Assembly (NCBI GenBank): GCA_951406725.2
Contig: OX597821.1
Location: 55,490,001-55,554,000 of the forward strand
DNA from: Octopus vulgaris
Taxonomy: Eukaryota
Direction: 5' to 3'
DNA length: 64,000 nucleotides
Shown: in pieces, positions 27,717-40,751 of the stretch
Layout: each line of letters starts with the position of its first letter
Position numbering within the stretch: the first letter of the stretch is position 1
The notes under the pieces: model-generated
Database searches by the model: none
What the model was told of the DNA's origin: nothing
Seen by the model: the letters and a program-made list of their open reading frames with translations, nothing else
Translations under genes and position numbers: made by a program

Positions 27717-29000
27717 TCAGGTCATACCATAAGTTCTGTCTGATTTTCCTTTTTTAAAATTGAATGAAATTTAATAGTATTTTAGAATGTCTAATGGAAT
27801 TAAAAATTATTTTTATGCATTTGTGTACATTTAAACTAATTAAATATTATTTTACAGAATAATAGAATTAAAATTTCTTTGATTAAAACCCTTTCTAACA
27901 TGGAAGTATCCAAAGAGCATTTGAGGCACATAATGCTTTATGAGTACAAAAAAGGAAACTCTGCAGCCGAAGCGACTCGAAACATACACTCAGTTTATGG
28001 GAAAGAATGCTTGAATGAAAGAACTTGCAGAAGATGGTTTGCAAAATTCAGAAGTGGAGATTTCAGCCTTGAAGATGAAGATCGAACAGGACGTCCAGTT
28101 GAGTTTGATGATAAGCTCCTTGAGGCATTACTTGAAGAAAATCCTGCATTATCAGTTGAAGAATTGGCAATAAAGCTTAGTTCAAACCATACAACTGTTC
28201 ATCGTCATCTTCAACAACTTGGAAAGGTTCCTAAACTTGGAAAATGGGTGCCTCATGAATTGTCCGAAAGCAACCGTAAATCCCGAGTTGACATCTGCTC
28301 TTTTCTCCATTCTCACGAACTCATTTCACCCTTTTTGGATAGACTTGTGACTGGTGACGAAAATGGATCTTCTATCGAAATGTTAAACGTCGTAAACAGT
28401 GGCTTGGTAAAAGGGAAAAGCTCAACCACAACCGAGAAGGGAACTTCATGGGAAAAAGGTTCTTCTCTCTATCTGGTGGGATTGCAAAGGAGTAATTCAC
28501 TTTGAATTGTTACCACCTAATGCAACAATCAATGCTCAAGTCCCCTGTCAGCAATTAGAGCGTTTCAACCAAGCTTTGACGAAAAAAAGACCCGCTTTAG
28601 TGAATCGAAAAGGAGAGATGTTTCATCAGGCCACTGCGCAACCTTCACTGCAAAGATCACATCACAGTAAATCGAAAAGCTTTGTTGGGAAAAAATTCTT
28701 CATCCACCTTATTCTCCCTACCTTGCTCCTTCAGATTACCATTTGTTTCGTAGTTTACAGAATCATTTGTGGGACATAATTTTCGCAAGCGATGAGGAGG
28801 TTGAAACTAACATTTCAGTGTTCTTCGCTTTGAAACCAAAAGAGTTTTACATTGATAGCATTAAAAGGCTTGTGAATAGATGGAAGGAAGTCATAGATAA
28901 TCAGGGAAAGTACATTGATGATTAAATTTCAATTAAATATAACATATGATCACTTGTTTTCCTTATTGAAAATTCGGACAGAACTTATGGGATGACCTGA
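27717..29000 (+). mobile_element. Full-length mariner transposon (1284 bp) with TIRs and TA target duplication
   Basis: Left TA|tcaggtcataccataagttctgtc and right gacagaacttatgggatgacctga|TA are inverted with one mismatch over 24 bp. Confidence 0.95.
27900..28925 (+). pseudogene. Frameshifted mariner transposase
   Basis: HTH region, WVPHEL, LVTGDE, HPPYSPTLAPSDYHLF and the C-terminus are split over several frames. Confidence 0.92.
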
Positions 29001-29729
29001 TAGCTCATAATATGCTTACAGGAAGAGAACAATTCTATCAAATATTATTTATGGGGAAAAATCTCGGTTCTTTTGGACAACACTATACTTGAGGGAATAG
29101 AACGTTTCTGTTCCGACACAAATACTGAGTTCCATTTAATATTCTATTGTCATTATAATGATTATACAGAATATGACTTTAATGACATAAGGTTCAAGTA
29201 TGCGTTTCCACTATTCTTTTTGTTCTCATTCATAGTCTCTTGTCCACTGCTGCTCCTGTCACTAATCGCTACTCTCATGCTTTATCTGTTCCTTATTCTA
29301 TCGATTATTACTATCCATATTTTATAATATACCAAACAACATAAAATTCATCCACTTTGCCTAGCAGACGATAATTGTCTGCTGTAAAGTAAATTGCGTT
29401 AAAAAATCTTGGATTTAAAAAAATGCCCAACAAGAAAATACAAATTGTTTGGTATTGCCTCTTTACTATTGCCACAACTTCATTGATCCATTCTTACCGA
29501 AAATACAATTTCACAAAACAAAAACTTTTTATAGTACTCCGTATATCTTATGTGCGTGAGTGCAGAAGTCGATGTGGATGTGAATGCAATTATGGCGTTC
29601 CACATTTTCCTATCTATGATCATTAGTATATCCCCCAGTAAACTCTTTCTACCCTCTGTCTCTCTCACCCGCTTCGCTCAGTAGTTACGAATGTATAATA
29701 TTTCTTCTAGCGTATCAGTATTATAGGCG

Positions 29730-30055
29730 TTTCAGGCGGCAAGCTGGCAGTATTGTTAATACGCCGGGCAGAAAGCTTACCGGCATTTCGTTCGGCTTCG
29801 CGTTCTGAGTTTCAAGCCCGCCGCGTTCGTCTTTGCCTTACAGATAGCGACCTGGCGGAATCGTTACCGCAGCGGACAAAATTGCTTAAAATTTCTTCCG
29901 ACTTTACGTTTTGTGTTCAAATACCGCTGGGGTCGACTTTGCCTTACAACCTTTCGGGGTCGATAAAATAAGTAGCAGTTGAGCATTGGGGTCGGTGTAA
30001 ACGACGTACCCCAACCCCCAAAATTGCTGGCCTTATGCTAAAGTTTGAAACCAAT
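29730..30055 (+). mobile_element. SINE family 2 inserted in relic A
   Basis: Family motifs; tattatag is repeated on both sides; absent from the mirrored position in relic C (~34215). Confidence 0.8.
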
Positions 30056-30399
30056 ATTATAGACAATTAATTGTTATTATTGCAATCATATTTTGAATGA
30101 CGCATACAAACTCACGACGAAATTAATCAAATGGGAGGGAGAGAAAATTGACTCTCTTTATTCTTTTTAGTATTTTTGTACTATGCTACAACTACTTCTG
30201 TACCAATTCCTTCATTCAAATTTTGCTGTAATATAGGGCTACTATACTTCTCTTATCAAGTCTGTATAACTAATTCATAAATATAAAAAATTGGGTCTTG
30301 CTTGTAATATGCGATTACCATGAACAATAACAGTGAAAAACTTATTGTAATCCTTAATACTCAATAATGGGTCCTTAATCCTTAGTCCTTAATTCATTT

Positions 30400-30572
30400 T
30401 ATAATGCTCCGTACATCAATCCATCTTTTATGAGGAATTAGGCTGCGTACCATCCCTTGACGCATGTCTCCTCGATCAAGTCCTGGTACACAGTTGGCTT
30501 CAGCCGGTGAAAAATTTCGAGACTGTCATCCCAGGGCATTATAAACTCAAGCACGATAATTGATTTTCTAAT
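30400..30572 (-). mobile_element. HERO-like LINE endonuclease fragment (mirror of 33230-33830)
   Basis: KSIIVLEFIMPWDDSLEIFHRLKPTVYQDLIEETCVKGW matches the ELTVPWE...KY..L...GW REL region. Confidence 0.7.
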
Positions 30573-33229
30573 AAGTGGAAGGATACATTAGATAATGTAA
30601 TATTAGATAGCCATATATTACTGGAATGATCGAAACGGAAATATATTTCATGAATCACAGCCGACATAGGCCCAGATAACATAACGGGTGTTTTTCCTTT
30701 TCAAGTGGAATGAAATAAATTATAGTGATATTTGAACTCCAATTCTCTGCATTAGGATAGAGAAAAAACTTTCTATATTAGCTGACATTACTTCTTTAAC
30801 ATAGGCCGATATATGGTAAAGTATGCAAATGTCCGTGCTTGGATATGAGAAACAATTAGAAGACTAACTGCAACAACATTCTTATATCTCTAACTGCGCA
30901 ACACTTCTAGGCGAGTAATGTCTGTTAAATTAACTCCAACTCATTAATGATAATGAAAGACGAAATTGAAAATATGAATACAGAGGTAACTAAATAAAGT
31001 AATCTTGACTGTACATTGCTGAACATTGCAATCCGTTGCTGTACATTTTCTGTCAACTCTTCCATAAAATATAGTTCTTAATTGAGAGTTACAAATTAAA
31101 TTTTATTTTAAAAATAAAATATTAAACAGATACTTGTCTTGTTTCAAAACTAAATATATTCTAGTGATAATCTTAAAATTACATGGATATGATTTTGGAA
31201 TTAATTTTGAACACAAAAGAAATAAAGAGAACTTGACGTTGTTCTATCGAACCTAACAACGTCAAATCAACTTGGATATCCAGTCTTGTAGATCTGTCAT
31301 CGAAATTAATGGAAATATAATAGAATTCCATGATAAATAACATTGAATTAATCTTTCACATTACTGAAATAAATTTTAAAACTTGTTCCAGAGATAATTA
31401 CTTCAGCTGAATTCAACTTCCTGTGAAAGAACGCAAACGTTTATTTCTTATAATAAGATGAATTTGGTATTTGTCTACATTTTAAGACTTTGCCCTCGGT
31501 ATGGCAATACGTCTACAACCAAATCTTGGTTGGTTAGTAAATATACATCTTTTTTTATCCTTAACACTAGAATTTTTAGAGTTATTGATTGGTTCAATTA
31601 TTGTTAATGTCATTATCTACCTTCAATCAACATTCATGCCATTACTGTCTTCAGATCATGTTTACCTGTCTAATTTACATATGCATTATTTTTTTTTGTT
31701 TAGGTCTTTGTTTTTTCAAACGATTCTGTAACACGTTTAATCGATCATATTGAATCCCGTACTTGCGTACTATCAGTTATTTTATTGGCATCTATTTATG
31801 GATTCACTAGGTCAAGAACAATGAAGAAATGAAGAGAGAAAACATGAACACAGAACAATATGTTGGTTGTTGAAGTAAACTCCTGAAATACACAACTACG
31901 CTTCGTTTATATAAAGTGTAATAATTTTGTAACTATGCACAAGTCACAAGGAAAGAACACTCGATTGAAGTAACTTGACTCCTATATGTCCCTACTCGCT
32001 ATTGTAAAGACACTAACATGATTATTGGTAACATTGATTCCTCGGAAACTTGAGGTCAGGGCATAAATGGTCGTAACTAATTACGGCAACCTGTTTTCTA
32101 CACTGTTCCCCAGATTATGGCTCACAAGAGAGCAGTTCATACAGTGAATATACAATATTACAAAGAAGATTACTGTGATTAAATGACAAATATGCAAGTC
32201 TATTATAGTTACTTATGAAAATTTATTGACTTTCTGCCTAGCTTTTAACCTGTACTCTGAAGATACGATGGCATGAACACTGTTCGAAAGTGGCTCGTAC
32301 TAGTTGAATAATGATATCAGCATGTACTAAATCAATGATCAATAACTCTATGAGGAAGAAATAAATGTTAATCTTAACTATAAAAATTACATTTGTTAAC
32401 TCATCAAGATTTGGTCATAGATATTCTGTCATATGATGAGCAACGAAGAAAAACACCTAACTATAAATTCATCTTAGCATACGTTCTTTCCGATTAGGTT
32501 GAAGTCGGCAGAAGTAATTATATTTATAACAAGTTTCAAAATTTATTTCAGAAATGGGAGAGATTAGTTCAATGTTACTTGTCATGCAATTCTATTATAT
32601 TTCCATTAATTTCGATGACAGATCTACAAGACTGGATATCCAAGTTGATTTGATGTTGTTTAGTTCCTTAAAGTAACGTCAAGTTTTGTTTATTTCTTTT
32701 GTTTTCAAGATTAATTCCAAAACCATATCCATGTAGTCTTAACATTATCACTAGAATATATTTCGTTTTGAAACAAGAAGATATTTATTTCGTATTTTAT
32801 TTTTTACAATAAAATTTGATTTGAATTAACACTATATTTTTAATGGAAGGGTTTACAGAAAGTGTACAGCATCGAGATATATGCTTTGCATTATCCAGTT
32901 ATCTCTACGTTCTAATTTGCAGCTTCACCTTCCATTTCTATTAATGCCTTGAAGTGAATTTAACAGACATTATTCACCTTGAAATGTTACTCGGTTAAAG
33001 CTATCAATATATTGCTGCATATAATCTTCTAATTTTCTCTCACATCCAGGCAAGAATATTTGCATAGTTAGCAATGTATCGAGCGAAGTTAAAAAGTTAA
33101 TGGGAGCCAATATAGGAATATGGTATATAATTTAAAGTTCTCTCTTTTCTGAGAGACAAGAATTGGAGTTCAAATATTATTTGGAGTTCAAATATTAACT
33201 GGAGTTCAAAGATTCATCGCAAGTATTTC

Positions 33230-33830
33230 TGATTTGACCATTCCGTGTATTTACGGCTATCTAGATTTACAATATCTTATGTGTCCTTCCCTTTCTTGTT
33301 GTTATCTGCTTTCATTAGAGAGACCTAAGACCAAACGCACTTCCAATCGTGGCCACTTATATCATTTACTGGAAGTTCAGAATAACATTATCCACATTAT
33401 GAAAATTTTTGCCTTACGTTTTGAGGAACATTTTTTGCTGTTACTAACACGCCATATAACCACGTTGAAACCCTTCCCAACTTTGGCTTGTCTCTATTGT
33501 GTTGACCCAAAGAATTCTCACCTACATGGTCACACTGTCTGTTAAAATAAGTAGTTGTATCTACCTTAATCACACTTTAGCTACTGGATGATAGAGATAG
33601 ACCTGGAGAGGAGGAGTATCTTCCCCAATGTGATAATGGTAACATCGCCCGGATCAGACACGTTCCCGCTATGCAGAACTACAAAATCAATTATCGTGGT
33701 TGAATTTACAGTGCAGGAGGACAGACGCGACATTTCTTACCAGTTGATGTAAACCAAGCATCTAGACTTGTCAAGGGAAGGTGTTCAGTTTAAATCTCCA
33801 TGTATGTTGGACCGATATACGGAGCACTAT
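33230..33830 (+). mobile_element. HERO-like LINE 3' fragment
   Basis: IDLERRSIFPNVIMVTSPGSDTFPLCRTTKSIIVVEFTVQEDR resembles the DL...FP..I..T.LRPD...K.V...ELTVPWE motif. Confidence 0.7.
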
Positions 33831-34799
33831 AACATGAACTAAGGACCAAAGATTAAGGTTCCTTTATTGAGTACTAAGGATTACAATTAGTTTTTAGTGT
33901 TAATGTTAATGGTAATCGCGTATTTTCAGACATAAAATTTATAGATTTACAAAATTTAAATTCACAAAATAATTATTAGTGCTACACACAGACTAAACGG
34001 ACTATAGTAATCATGTCTTATTACCAAATTTATATCAATTAATTAATATACAAGTACTTTAGCAAAGGAACAAAATAGTAATAAGAATTAGGATTTTAAT
34101 TATTTTCCATATATAGATAACCAATTATGCTTCCCTCTCATAATTTGTGTCATTTTGTTGTGAGGTAGTTTTCTTCATTCAAAATAAAATTCCAATAGTT
34201 GTAACTAAATATCTATAATTCTGATGTGTTAGTATTAATATCATAGTATCGTACGTATATGAGTCTCTTAAAAAGCTTTCAGTTGAAGGTAAACAATTAT
34301 ATTTAGCTAAGTGACGCAACAGATAGAAAGGCGAAAAATGATTTCTGTGGGATATGATAATGGCCAAAGAAAACAGAACACGCTCACATGATATACGGAG
34401 TACTATAGTAATTGTTGTTAAGTTGGTTGAATTATTCATTTAAAGAATTACTTTAAAGTTTGCTAAATTATTATTGAGTAAAAAAACATCCTCAGTGAGT
34501 TGATAATATTTACGGTTATATTGGAGCAATCTCAAGAATAATCAGCCGAAATTGCGAGGATAACCTGATTCTTGACTGGGGATGGAGGGCTTCGAAGGAC
34601 CCATCCTTGTTTTCTTTGTATCGTCCATCTGGATGTTTTGTTGTCCCTTTTTGTATCACCTAGCTGTCCAGATGTGTTGCGTTCTTGTCCCATTTTGTAT
34701 TATATATATATATGGCGGCGTACGTACACTTTGCTCTCTCTCTCTCTGTCTCTCTCTCTCTCTCTGTCTCTCTCTCTCTCTCTCTCTATTTATATGAAC

Positions 34800-35297
34800 A
34801 AACAATGCATGCCAACATCACAATATAGTAGAGTCAGTTGGACACCGTCTGTGAGAAAAACAGCACCATGTCGCAATTCACTCTGCTAAAAATTTGGAAA
34901 CGACATGCTGCACTGCTTGGCATTCGCTCCAATACGGACATTTCAGAGTGCTTGGGTGTCGCTCTCAGGACAGTGCAATCTGAGCACATGTACCAAGAGT
35001 GATAAAAACCAAACACCCATTCAACATCATGGTGATTGGAGAGACCAGCAAAACTCCTTGTAAAACAAAAGATGAACTGAAGTCAAGCATTATGGCAGCA
35101 TTCACTAGCTTTCACAAGGAGACCGTGCAGAAGAGTTGCAGGAGATTCCGAATTCGTCTGGAGGTTGTGGTTAAAGCCAATGGCGATTTTATCGAATAAA
35201 TTTACTCTTTAGTATTTCAAGATAATTTAAAATGAGATACAAGTATTATTTTCATTTTTGCGTAATTTACACTACAGTTTATTCACCACAACCTGTA
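34800..35297 (+). mobile_element. Internally deleted Tc1/mariner (maT-like) element
   Basis: N-terminal remnant joined to KTKHPFNIMV and TKDELKSSIMAAF...KSCRRFRIRLEVVVKANGDFIE*; ends caacctg|ta. Confidence 0.75.
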
Positions 35298-37247
35298 TAT
35301 ATATATATAAATATATACGTGTGTGCGTGTGTGTGTGTGTATATGTGTGTGTGTGTATGCTTATGTATATATATATATGTATATGTATTTACATGTATAT
35401 TCCTATGTAGATGTGTACGTATATCTATGTTTATATGTTAAAATAGATAGATAGATACGCAAATTTGCAAACAAAGACTACAAATTGTGCTCGAATATAA
35501 GTAGTAGACAATACAACAGTTATAACAAAGAAAACCTTCGTTTTAGTTATTAGTGATTTACAGAAAAATAATGTGTAAACAATTTTTAAATGGGTGAGAA
35601 ATCAAATAAATAAATGAATACAGTGACAAGCGTGTGATAGTCTTTGTAAAAGGAAAGAAGAAAAGAGAATGAGAAGTAGACAAAGACTAATGTTGAAGAA
35701 ACTGAGGGATGTAAAAATGTCTTCTACTTGTGGAATGCGATGAAAAAAAGATGCGCAAACACGGTAGAAATTGTCGAAATGTAGTTGATGGGATACATAA
35801 ATACATACATATACATACATACATACATACATACATGCATACATACATACATGCATACATACATACGTACATTCCTATAAATATATATCTATGAGACGCT
35901 GGTTTACTGTATAGTAAAAGTTATGACAAAATCACAAACATAGGCCGACCTGAATTCCGCAGTGTTATATAATTATTAACCACTATCTTATATCAAACTG
36001 AATTATATATCTAAGATAACTCTCAACTTTTATCTTCCATCAGTATCATATTTCTCACACTATATATGCCTGAACAAATGAAGCAATATTATAGACATTA
36101 ATTGATGACTATCTTTGTCCAAGATTCGGAAATATTGAACCGCTAGCAGATCTTTGTATCAGTTATTTCTAAATGACAGCAATTCATATCACCAATTTGG
36201 ATCTGATCGTAATCAATATTGAGTTAATTGAGTTAATAAGATAATTTACTGTAAATCACTTCGGTTAACTCACATCTCTCCACCTACATGTAGCCACTTG
36301 TTGTTACACATATCTATGCTTCCACTTGTAAATATAGAAAGAAAGAGAAAACAGTTATTGTTCTGGATAAATCTTGATTTGTTTCCGTGTAAGTACTTAA
36401 ATTCCACATTAGTGTTACTAAAATGAAATATAACCGTTTGAATACAAAGGAAAGGTAGAACTGAAATTTTTTTCCAAAATACTGGCTTCTCATTAATATA
36501 TTAAAATATCTTTCAAATCATTTCTTCTCTAATATGCCTCAATCTGTTTAAGCCACATAGCTCTTAGGCACTTGGAGCATTTCATTACCTCATAAATTAT
36601 TTCTTTTCATAATAATATTCCCGGCCGATAATTAGGAAAATATTTTTGATTTTGTAGCAGATGTGTCAATAGTTTAGAGCAACTATAATAGATATTGATG
36701 TAATTAATTGCATTTCAATTAAGTGATATTTATGAATTACAAATGTCAGCATGTCAATTATTTATTTATAGAATCCTCTAAAATTATTTTCAAGCTTTGT
36801 TTACCAGTTTGTTGTGTGGTATAATTGACACCTTTGAAGTACTATTCAGTTTAAACAATCAATATTTGAAAATTACTTTGTATTTCGAATTGGTTTAAGA
36901 TTCTGCAGTTAAAATTAGGCATCCTGTTTTTTATTTCATACACTCGCAGTTTTATCGTTTATAGAATTTACCTACTGAGAGATTATTTTATATTTCGGAA
37001 AATGTAGATATGGTGTTACTATGTGTAAATGTGTGACATGCTGGTGTAGGATATATCAATATTTTATGAATGATTTAACTATAATTTCATTTATTGGTAG
37101 CCAAATAGAATGAGGTGATGAATGTAATATGTATTTCCTTTGTACTTTAAACCACAATTTAAACAACAATTAAGTTATCTAGCTGTTATTACAAGTATTC
37201 ACAAACCGCTATTTAATTATGATTGGTGTAAATGAAAAAGAATCATA

Positions 37248-37410
37248 TAGGCGCCAGTATGGTTGTACGGTAAGAAGCTTGCTTCCCGACCACTTGGTTC
37301 TGGGTTCAGTTCCACTGCGTGTGACCTTGGGCTTGTGTTTCCTAATATAGCGTTGGGCCGACCAAAGCCTTGTGAGTGGATTTGGTACACGGAAATTGAA
37401 AGAATCCCAT
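37248..37410 (+). mobile_element. SINE family 1, 5' half
   Basis: ggttctgggttcagttccactgcgtg...gggccgaccaaagccttgtgagtggatttgg. Confidence 0.8.
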
Positions 37411-37411
37411 A

Positions 37412-37473
<62 letters not shown>

Positions 37474-37764
37474 TATTTCGAGGATATGAATACCTCTTAA
37501 AGGGATGTCAGCATCCAGGTACCCTGTTTTATCTAGTGTATCAGTGAAATAATTAAGGATGTGCATAAATGCACATATCTGAATTTAATGCAGAGTTTAC
37601 CAGTGATATATTAAGACATTGGGATGTAGTTCCTTATCCTATCAAGTTCTGACACTGAAAATGTTCAATTAATTATATTCGAAATTGTATTTGTTTCAAT
37701 AAATTGATGTTTACTTATCGATTTCTCCATATTCTTTTTCTTATACATAAATGGTATATATAAA

Positions 37765-37807
<43 letters not shown>

Positions 37808-37809
37808 AT

Positions 37810-38000
37810 CTTTTTGTCTGCGTTTGTCGCTCACTATCGCTTGACAACCGATGATGGTTTATTTGCGTTCCCATAACTTAGTGGCTCAGTAAAAAAGACC
37901 GATATAATAAGCATTAGGTTTACAAAGAATAAGTTCTGGGGCCGATTTCTTATTTAACGCTTTAAGGCGATGCTTCAGTGAAAGAGTAAAAGAATAAAAG
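37810..38000 (+). mobile_element. SINE family 1, 3' half
   Basis: tcgcttgacaaccgatg...tacaaagaataagttctgggg. Confidence 0.75.
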
Positions 38001-38349
38001 AATTTATTCGCGATGACATCTGGCTATCTTCGTTTTCCTCCAAATTATAATCTACTTTTAAAGTGGTAAAAACCTATTACCGATATGAATAGAGAAGCAA
38101 TTTTAGGAAATTTCCACCTGTTACTTACCTCTTTAAAATGGTTTAAAGACGCTTAAAATGTTTATAAATATTCATACATCCAATTACTTTTCAACGAGAA
38201 TCTTCATTAATAAAAAAAATTCTATATTTGAAGATAAACATTTTATATGTACATAGTACTGTTTAAAATATTGTCAAGCAAGAACAATGCATTAGCCGCA
38301 CACACACACGCACGCAAATACATGTATATATGTGTATATATATATATAT

Positions 38350-38545
38350 ATATAATATTAATTCGAGACAAAACCACTATTTTGCAAATCAAACAAGGAA
38401 AGACTTAATCAATACATAAAAAATTTTAATATAAAGTAAATAAACCGCCACTTTATTTACTTTATATAAAAAATTTTTATGTATTGATTAAGTCTTTCCT
38501 TGTTTGATTTGCAAAATAGTGGTTTTATCTCGAATTAATATTATA
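38350..38545. repeat. Near-perfect ~95-bp-arm hairpin
   Basis: Arms ~38350-38444 and ~38452-38545 around the loop ccgccac. Confidence 0.9.
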
Positions 38546-38628
38546 TAATATTTTACTATAAAATTGGATTTAATCCTAAATCTGATTTTTTCCCTGTAAA
38601 TTTGGATTTATTCCCTAATATTTATTAT

Positions 38629-38696
<68 letters not shown>

Positions 38697-38743
38697 GAAG
38701 AGATAGAGACATAAATGTATGTATTCACGCAAACTTACATATA

Positions 38744-38810
<67 letters not shown>

Positions 38811-39082
38811 GAGTGAGTGAGCAGTGCATGCCATCAAAGTGACACTGGGGTAAAATATACGAAGCCCAATATACCCATCATGACCACCCGTCTGATAAAG
38901 GTACACCAGGCACATGCATCACAACCATATGTGCGCGACATGGTGATCTCATATCATGATAAACAGCACATGACCTTGCAGGTGGGGCCCAGTTAGAATT
39001 TTCTTCAAGTTGAGTAGCCCATCCCGCTCAAAGGTCCCTGAATAGGGTTGTTTAAGGATGTTGACTATAAAATGTTTCCAGA
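38811..39082 (-). mobile_element. (TAA)n-tailed non-coding retroposon, 5'-truncated
   Basis: Reverse complement of the 3' part of 58708-59190; tail is the (ATT)n array on its left. Confidence 0.8.
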
Positions 39083-39139
39083 GGGATTTAATCCTAAATC
39101 TGATTTTTTCCCTGTAAATTTGGATTTATTCCCTAATAT

Positions 39140-39186
<47 letters not shown>

Positions 39187-39230
39187 GAGATAGAGACATA
39201 AATGTATGTATTCACGCAAACTTACATATA

Positions 39231-39296
<66 letters not shown>

Positions 39297-39474
39297 AACC
39301 AACATCTTTCTTATTTTTATATATATACACGCTAAACCTTCACAACACACATCACGCACATACACACACTTTCTTTCTGTACAGTCCATAATATTTCTCT
39401 TAATGTAAACATTCTGAGGTTGATAAAGAAATCATCATCATCATCATAATTATTGTTGTTGTTGTTGCTGTTGC

Positions 39475-39531
<57 letters not shown>

Positions 39532-39532
<1 letters not shown>

Positions 39533-39965
39533 GAGTGAGATAGTAGCACATGCCACAAAAGTGAGACTAGGGTACCGATATACCTACCATAACTACCCGT
39601 CTGATAAGACTACACCAAGCACATGCATCTTCATATGGTGATCTCATATCAAGATAACCAGCGCAGGAACTTGCAGGTTGTGTTCTCTTAGAAGTTTCTT
39701 CTGGTCAAGTAGTATATCCCGCTTAAATGGTCCCTAAATAAGGTTTGTTTAAGGATGATAAGCGAAACAGCCATGTTTCCACAGATCAATCATTCAAACC
39801 CCAAAGAATCTACACATGGATATGAATGCTCCCCCACTACTTTTTGCTCTTGGTCACAGATGCACAGATCGTCAGCCATCAAGGGACATACTCAACTGGT
39901 TAATGTCAAACAACTGACAACAAAACTATAGTATTGAGAAGAATATTAGCTACAGCAAATATTTT
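39532..39965 (-). mobile_element. (TAA)n-tailed retroposon, older copy
   Basis: Diverged reverse complement of 40090-40556. Confidence 0.75.
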
Positions 39966-39999
39966 CTTCGTCTACACGAAGAAAAAAATAATAACAATA

Positions 40000-40555
40000 A
40001 TGCCCTAATGCAATACCAGACAGTGTCTTTCATGGCTCCTGATCTTAACTGATTGGAAGTGTTATCATGTACATTGTTTTGTCTTAGTATAAAAGGTGGG
40101 CTACAGCAAATATTCTGCTCAATACCACAGAATTGTTTGTCAGTTGTTTTACCTTAACCAGTTGAGCATGTCCCTTAGTGGCTGGCGATATGTTCATCTC
40201 TGATCACAAGCAGAAGTAGTGGGGGACCATCCTAGCAGTGTGTTGAAAGTAATTCTTAGAAGTTTGGATAATTCACTTTTCGAAACATGGGTGGTTTGGT
40301 CAACATCCTTAGACAATCCTTATTCAGGGACCTTTTGAGCGAGATGTGCTACTCAACCAGAAGAAAATTCTAACTGGGCCCCACCTGCAAGGTCATGTGC
40401 TGTTTATCTTGGTGTGAGATCAACATGTCGCAAACATATGGTTGTGGTGCATGTGCCTGGTGTTTCCTTATGAGACGGGTGGTCATGATGGGTGTACTGG
40501 CCTTCGTATATTTTACCCCAGTGTCACTTTGATGGAAACCACTGCTCTATCACTC

Positions 40556-40556
<1 letters not shown>
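40000..40556 (+). mobile_element. (TAA)n-tailed retroposon, longest copy
   Basis: Collinear with 58708-59190; ends cactc followed by (AAT)n. Confidence 0.8.
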
Positions 40557-40611
<55 letters not shown>

Positions 40612-40670
40612 TAATAATGATGATGATAATAATAATAATAACAATAATAATAATAATACTAATAATAATA

Positions 40671-40713
<43 letters not shown>

Positions 40714-40751
40714 GTTATTATTATTATCATCATCATCATTATTATTATTAT

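Larger units (their letters stand above)
20900..31850 (-). pseudogene. Relic A: decayed LRR-stalk-TM receptor gene, inverted copy of relic C
   Basis: Minus strand: NLFQ*CERLIQCYLSWNSIIFPL (~31307-31375), SFNEIDAIGEN (~26993-27025), LLSFCRNKV*LLAKSLLKL and TFKFITNIESIFEENKL (~25575-25800), TRLQIVDITSNYF (~24678-24717), SHFKSLYLR/TIEEIAVE (~22173-22225), AFSSLRSLRK (~21590-21618), low-complexity stalk (~21150-21230), TM-like VTGISGGIIISICFLFIL (~21007-21060). Confidence 0.6.

Noticed and set aside
27879-28925. Domesticated SETMAR-like gene or active transposase
   Set aside because: No SET domain, TIRs still present, and the catalytic region is frameshifted.
31906-31915. Palindromic TTTATATAAA near the axis as a bidirectional TATA box
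   Set aside because: It lies inside LRR-like reading sequence (RFVYIK) of relic C and is expected by chance in AT-rich DNA.
33160-33212. Three copies of tggagttcaaa as a CRISPR-like array
   Set aside because: A short slippage-type tandem duplication with no real spacers and no cas genes, in eukaryotic DNA.
33595-33745. Superficial snRNA-like look (acctgg...)
   Set aside because: It does not match U1 beyond a few bases and translates as a HERO endonuclease remnant.
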